NCBI GenBank assembly: GCA_934148875.1
Contig: CAKPDJ010000001.1
Location: forward strand, 5,840 to 69,839
DNA from: an uncultured Bacilli bacterium
GTDB lineage: Bacteria > Bacillota_I > Bacilli_A > RF39 > UBA660
Direction: 5' to 3'
Length of the DNA stretch: 64,000 nucleotides
Part shown: one piece after another, positions 59,566 to 64,000 of the stretch
Numbering within the stretch: the stretch's first letter is position 1
Layout: every line of letters starts with the position of its first letter
Translations under genes and position numbers: made by a program
Notes under the pieces: model-generated
The model's database searches: none
What the model was told of the DNA's origin: nothing
What the model saw: the letters and a program-made list of their open reading frames with translations, nothing else

Positions 59566-60198
59566 ATGGATAAAGATATTAAAGATATGTTTCGTGAAAA
59601 AAATAAAATTATTTTATTAAATAATTTAAAGTATGATTTGGACAAGAATATTAATAGTTTATTGGAGACTATTATTAATATATTTAATTTAGAGTTTGAT
59701 ACTGCCATTAAGAATATTTTAGCTATAACTGAGGATGCTGGAATTGTTAATGGGGATAAATTTATTACTAATTCTATTAATGAAATGAAGTTAGCTAGTT
59801 ATGAAAAAATAGAAAAATTATTAAATGATAAAAAAGAGACTTTGGAAGAAAGTATTGAAAAATTAGAATTTAATGAAGAGTGTTTAAATGAATATTATGA
59901 AAATATTTTTGATACAACTAAAAATTTTAAGGATAATTTAAATAAATATTGTATAATTAATATTCAAGAAAAAGGTAGTGAACTACTTAATGAATTTATT
60001 TTAGATAAGGTTGATGATGAAAAAGAAACATTAGCTATTAGTCGAATTACTGATTATTTAAAAAACAGATTATATGGTAAATTAGAAACAAAAATTCATA
60101 TGGAGCTAATGTTACGTGATAATAATTTGATTAATAAAGCAAAGGAAAGTTATTTACGTTTTCAAGAGATTTCTAATAAGACAACTAAGTATGCTTAA
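59566..60198 (+). CDS. Hypothetical protein, coiled-coil-rich
   Basis: 210 aa charged and heptad-rich protein with an AAGGA RBS. Confidence 0.45.
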   Translation: MDKDIKDMFREKNKIILLNNLKYDLDKNINSLLETIINIFNLEFDTAIKNILAITEDAGIVNGDKFITNSINEMKLASYEKIEKLLNDKKETLEESIEKLEFNEECLNEYYENIFDTTKNFKDNLNKYCIINIQEKGSELLNEFILDKVDDEKETLAISRITDYLKNRLYGKLETKIHMELMLRDNNLINKAKESYLRFQEISNKTTKYA

Positions 60199-60274
60199 AA
60201 ATATAGATTTTTCTATATTTTTTTGTATATTTTACTAAATTTTTCTAACACTAATGGTAGAAAGAAGGTTATAT

Positions 60275-60787
60275 ATGAAAGCAACTGGAGTTGTAAGAAG
60301 AATTGATGATCTTGGACGTATAGTAATTCCTAAAGAAATACGAAGAAACTTTAAAATAAATGAGGGAGATAGTGTTGAGATATATGTAGACAATAATGGA
60401 ATTATTATTAGAAAATATTCTTTGCTTGATGATATGTTAGAATTAGCTGATTTATTATGTAATACTGTTAATCAACTGTTTGATAAGCAAATTATTATTA
60501 CTGACCGAGATAAAATAATTTCATGTAGTAAAAGTATGAAAGATTATTTGAAACGTGATTTAAGTATTGCTTTGAAGAATAAGATAAATGAACGTGCTGA
60601 GTTTATATCTTCTGATAAAATTCCAATATCTAATAAAAATGATTTAGTAAGTTCTTGTTTTTTAATACCTATTTTAGTTGATAGTGATTCTTTAGGAAGT
60701 GTTATTTTAATTAGTGATAATATAAGTGACGAAGATAAAAATTTAATTAGATTTATTGTTTCAATTTTGGCTAAAAACGTTGAATAG
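60275..60787 (+). CDS. SpoVT/AbrB-family transcriptional regulator (AbrB N-domain + C-terminal GAF-like domain)
   Basis: MKATGVVRRIDDLGRIVIPKEIRRNFKINEGDSVEI is nearly identical to the SpoVT/AbrB swapped-hairpin N-domain. Its 170 aa length matches SpoVT, and mfd lies upstream as in Bacillus. The ATG at 60275 has an AAGAAGG RBS. Confidence 0.75.
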   Translation: MKATGVVRRIDDLGRIVIPKEIRRNFKINEGDSVEIYVDNNGIIIRKYSLLDDMLELADLLCNTVNQLFDKQIIITDRDKIISCSKSMKDYLKRDLSIALKNKINERAEFISSDKIPISNKNDLVSSCFLIPILVDSDSLGSVILISDNISDEDKNLIRFIVSILAKNVE

Positions 60788-60814
60788 TTAATTATTTTGT
60801 GTTATAATCCATTA

Positions 60815-61035
60815 CATAAATGTTTTGAAGGAAAGAGTTATTGGAAATCTATTTAAGAGAGTCTAGTTAGGTGAAAGTAGATATAGAAGAACAATAATAA
60901 ATGGTTCCGGAGCTAATAAATTATGTTTATGATTTATTCGTTACTCGCGTTAAGAGTTTAAGTGTATAGTGTTATGCTATAAATTAAGGTGGTACCGCGA
61001 TTATTCGTCCTTATGGAAGAATAGTCGTTTTTTTT
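60815..61035 (+). promoter_or_regulatory. T-box riboswitch leader (putatively Met-specific) with intrinsic terminator
   Basis: Promoter: -35 TTGAAT at 60780-85 and an extended -10 TGtTATAAT at 60800-08. Conserved T-box sequence AAATTAAGGTGGTACCGCG at 60981-99 overlaps the 5' arm of the terminator (CGATTATTC…GAATAGTCG + T8). A candidate AUG specifier lies at 60901-03. The downstream operon is dut–metG. Confidence 0.7.
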
Positions 61036-61045
61036 GGAGGTAATT

Positions 61046-61525
61046 ATGGCAAGATATTTTGAAAAAATTAGTTTTGAACAGTTTAAAAAGGACATAAGTG
61101 ATGATAAAGAATTATATGAATCATATAATATTCCTAAGAGAAGTACTAAATATAGTGCAGGTTATGATTTTGAATCTTTATTTGATTTTGTTTTAAAACC
61201 AGGTGAAATAAAAAAAATTCCTACTGGTATTAAGGTATGTATGAATAATGATGAGGTTATGTTCCTTTTAGTTAGAAGTAGTCAGGGATTTAAGTATAAT
61301 GTTCGAATGTGTAATCAGGTTGGGGTATTTGAATCTGATTATTATAATAATCTGGATAATGAGGGTCATGCATGGTTAAAGTTACAAAACCATGGTTCTA
61401 AAGATTATGTGGTAAAAAAAGGAGATAAGATTTGCCAGGGTGTTTTTACAAAATTTTTAACAGTAGATAATGAAGAAAATATAGATAATGTTAGAACTAG
61501 TGGTATTGGTTCTACGGGTAGATAG
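61046..61525 (+). CDS. dut: dUTP diphosphatase (dUTPase)
   Basis: dUTPase motifs (RSTKYSAGYDF; RTSGIGSTGR). The ATG at 61046 has a GGAGG RBS; the track start at 61034 is TTG, upstream of the RBS. Confidence 0.8.
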   Translation: MARYFEKISFEQFKKDISDDKELYESYNIPKRSTKYSAGYDFESLFDFVLKPGEIKKIPTGIKVCMNNDEVMFLLVRSSQGFKYNVRMCNQVGVFESDYYNNLDNEGHAWLKLQNHGSKDYVVKKGDKICQGVFTKFLTVDNEENIDNVRTSGIGSTGR

Positions 61526-61535
61526 GAGAGATATT

Positions 61536-63077
61536 ATGGAAAAATATTATATTTCAACAGCTATTGCTTATACATCAGGTAAACCTCATATTGGGAATAC
61601 TTATGAGATTGTGTTAGCAGATAGTATTGCACGCTATAAAAGATTAAAGGGATTTGATGTTTATTTCCAAACAGGAACTGATGAGCATGGGGAAAAGATT
61701 CAAATAAAAGCAGAAGAAAAAGGAATTACTCCCAAAGAATTTGTTGATAGTGTTGCTTCTGAGATTAAAAATATTTGGGATATTATGAATACTAGTTATG
61801 ATAAATTTGTAAGAACTACTGATAAGCATCATGAAGAAATCGTTCAAAAAATATTTAAAAAAATGTATGATAAAGGTGATATTTATTTAGGTAAATATGA
61901 GGGACTTTATTGTACACCTTGTGAATCATTCTTTACAGAAAGTCAGTTAGTTGATGGAAAATGTCCTGATTGTGGTCGTGATGTTGAACCAAAGAGCGAA
62001 GAAGCTTACTTTTTTAGACTTTCTAAATATCAGGATAAATTAATAGAATATATTGAATCTCATCCAGATTTTATTAAACCAGAGTCTAGAAAAAATGAAA
62101 TGATTAATAATTTTATTAAACCAGGTCTTCAAGATTTATGCGTTTCTCGTACTTCTTTTAATTGGGGAATTCCAGTTGATTTTGACCCTAAACATGTTGT
62201 TTATGTATGGCTTGATGCTTTAACTAATTATATTACTAATATTGGTTATGACCCAGATGGAAGTAGTGAAATGTTTAATAAATATTGGCCTGCTGATTTG
62301 CATTTAATAGGAAAAGATATTATTCGTTTTCATACTATTTATTGGCCTTGTTTCTTAATGAGTCTTGATTTACCACTTCCAAAACAGGTTTTTGGTCACC
62401 CATGGTTATTAGTAGGTGATGGTAAAATGAGTAAGTCTAAGGGTAATGTAATTTATGCTGATGATTTAGTAAATGAATTTGGAGTAGATGCTGTTCGTTA
62501 TTATTTACTTCATGAAATTCCTTATCAACAAGATGGTAGTTTAACTTACGATTTACTAATTGAGAGAATTAATAGTGATCTAGCTAATGTTTTGGGTAAT
62601 TTGGTTAATCGTACTATTTCAATGGTTAATAAGTATTTTGATGGAAAAGTTAGTAATAAAAATGTTTTAGATACTTATGATAGTGAGTTAATCTCTATGA
62701 TTCAAAATCTTGATAGTAGAATTGAAAAGAAAATGGATAATTTAGAAATAGGTGCATCACTTGATGAAATATTTGATGTTTTAAGAAGAAGCAACAAATA
62801 TATTGATGAGGCTGAACCTTGGGTTTTAGCAAAGGATGAAAGCAAAAAGGATAGATTAGAGACGGTTTTATATAACTTATTAGAAGCTATTCGTGTATGT
62901 GGCATTTTCTTAAGTCCATATTTACCTGATACAAGTGAAAAAATAAAGACTCAGATTAATAATTCTAGAAATGAATTAACTTACTTAAATGATAATTATT
63001 ACGAAGTTAGTAATCCTGAAGCTTTATTTATGAGAATTGATAAAGATAAAAAATTAGAAGAATTGGGAAAAAAGTAA
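61536..63077 (+). CDS. metG: Methionine–tRNA ligase (short form)
   Basis: HIGH motif (SGKPHIGN), KMSKS motif, and a zinc knuckle (CTPCES…CPDCG). The ATG at 61536 has an AGGAGAG RBS. Confidence 0.95.
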   Translation: MEKYYISTAIAYTSGKPHIGNTYEIVLADSIARYKRLKGFDVYFQTGTDEHGEKIQIKAEEKGITPKEFVDSVASEIKNIWDIMNTSYDKFVRTTDKHHEEIVQKIFKKMYDKGDIYLGKYEGLYCTPCESFFTESQLVDGKCPDCGRDVEPKSEEAYFFRLSKYQDKLIEYIESHPDFIKPESRKNEMINNFIKPGLQDLCVSRTSFNWGIPVDFDPKHVVYVWLDALTNYITNIGYDPDGSSEMFNKYWPADLHLIGKDIIRFHTIYWPCFLMSLDLPLPKQVFGHPWLLVGDGKMSKSKGNVIYADDLVNEFGVDAVRYYLLHEIPYQQDGSLTYDLLIERINSDLANVLGNLVNRTISMVNKYFDGKVSNKNVLDTYDSELISMIQNLDSRIEKKMDNLEIGASLDEIFDVLRRSNKYIDEAEPWVLAKDESKKDRLETVLYNLLEAIRVCGIFLSPYLPDTSEKIKTQINNSRNELTYLNDNYYEVSNPEALFMRIDKDKKLEELGKK

Positions 63078-63168
63078 TCTTTATTGCTATAATTTAAAGT
63101 AATTGATATAAAGTAGTTATAATTATGACTACTTTTTTTTATGTTATAATTACTTTGGAGGTTTTAAT

Positions 63169-63927
63169 ATGTTTATAGATACTCATATGCACATTGGGGA
63201 TGATTTTGGGGTAGGACCAGATTTATATGTTAAAAATGCAAATGATGCTGGTGTCAAAGTGTTGATTGCTTCTTTTTGTGAGAAAGATGATATTATGTTA
63301 TCCACTAAATTTGTGGAAAAATATGAAAATTTATATGCCTGTATTGGTTATCATCCAGAGGTTAGTAACAAAATTGTGGAAAAAGATTATGAAATAATAG
63401 AAGAACTGGTTAAAAATAATCCTAAAATTGTAGCAATTGGGGAAATCGGACTTGATTATCATTGGGATAAGGATAATAAAAAACAACAGAGAGAGGTATT
63501 TTGTAGACAATTAGAGATAGCAGAGAAATTAAAAGTGCCGGTCGTTATTCACAGTCGTGATTCAATTAATGAAACTTATGAAATTCTTAGCAAATATAAA
63601 GTTCGTGGCGTTATTCATTGTTTTAGTGGTAGTTTAGAAATGGCTAAAAAATTTATTGGTTTAGGTTTCTTACTTGGTATTGGTGGAGTAGTGACTTTTA
63701 AAAATAGTAAGTTATTTGAAGTAATAGAAAAATTAGAACTTACTAACATTGTCTTAGAAACAGATAGTCCTTATTTAACTCCAGAACCAAATAGAGGAAA
63801 AATAAATGAATCTAGTAACATTCCGTATATTGCTCAAAAAATAGCAGAAATTAAAAAAGTTTCACTTGATGAAGTACGAGATATAACTACAAGAAATGCT
63901 GCTTTGTTATTTGACTTAGATAATTAG
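63169..63927 (+). CDS. tatD: TatD-family metal-dependent DNase/hydrolase (YabD)
   Basis: MFIDTHMHIGDDF metal-binding start. It follows metG, as in Bacillus. Confidence 0.9.
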   Translation: MFIDTHMHIGDDFGVGPDLYVKNANDAGVKVLIASFCEKDDIMLSTKFVEKYENLYACIGYHPEVSNKIVEKDYEIIEELVKNNPKIVAIGEIGLDYHWDKDNKKQQREVFCRQLEIAEKLKVPVVIHSRDSINETYEILSKYKVRGVIHCFSGSLEMAKKFIGLGFLLGIGGVVTFKNSKLFEVIEKLELTNIVLETDSPYLTPEPNRGKINESSNIPYIAQKIAEIKKVSLDEVRDITTRNAALLFDLDN

Positions 63928-63976
63928 TTATGATATATTTAGCTTATATAATAATCGTACCGGTGTAGGTGATAAT

Positions 63977-64000
63977 ATGAAGAAAAATTCACATTCATTT
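63977..64000 (+). CDS. Start of an unidentified CDS truncated by the window end
   Basis: GGTGA RBS followed by ATG at 63977 (MKKNSHSF…). Only 8 codons are visible. Confidence 0.25.

Noticed and set aside
1-64000. Possible Mollicute (TGA=Trp) genetic code, given the extreme AT-richness
   Set aside because: Long housekeeping ORFs (gyrA 879 aa, mfd 1097 aa, dnaX, mnmG) are uninterrupted under the standard code, and Trp is encoded by TGG.
1-64000. Searched the intergenic regions for tRNA, rRNA, tmRNA and RNase P RNA genes
   Set aside because: No tRNA T-arm motif (GGTTCGAATCC or variants) or rRNA-like GC-rich block was seen. Only the SRP RNA and the T-box leader were supported.

Overview
This AT-rich window uses the standard genetic code: TGG encodes Trp, and long ORFs such as gyrA and mfd are uninterrupted, so it is not a TGA=Trp Mollicute. 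It spans the chromosomal replication origin of a low-GC Firmicute with Bacillus-type synteny. On the minus strand the order is parB–parA–noc–rsmG–mnmG–mnmE–jag–yidC–rnpA–rpmH, running towards oriC. On the plus strand it continues dnaA–dnaN–(comK-like)–recF–gyrB–gyrA, then SRP RNA–tadA–dnaX–ybaB–recR–holB–yaaT–yabB-like–rsmI–pth–mfd … spoVT-like–(T-box)–dut–metG–tatD. Upstream of the par genes are rpsF–ssb–rpsR, a DHH phosphoesterase, rplI, dnaB, an M23 peptidase, yycJ, rlmH, a BceRS/BceAB-like two-component plus ABC module, helD, ychF and several transporters. DnaA-box clusters flank dnaA on both sides, as expected for a bipartite oriC. The most striking non-coding structure is a ~1.6 kb gene-free stretch downstream of gyrA. 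It holds nine copies of the 16-bp palindrome TGTTTCACGTGAAACA, each with extra identical flanks, and this sequence is the canonical ParB-binding centromere site parS. Eight copies are perfect and one is a variant. Seven of them are immediately preceded by a DnaA-box-like TTTCCACA 9-mer in the same orientation, and the array contains an internal ~250-bp segmental duplication. Four copies of a second perfect palindrome, ATTTCCCGGGAAAT, match the published Noc-binding site (NBS). One of these lies inside the dnaX coding sequence, in frame. The noc gene product itself is atypical: it lacks the N-terminal amphipathic helix of B. subtilis Noc and carries an acidic low-complexity insertion. Also present are a T-box leader upstream of a dut–metG operon, a ComK-family gene at the yaaA position, and spore-associated homologues (spoVT-like, bofA-like, yaaT). 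No rRNA, tRNA, CRISPR or transposase genes were found.
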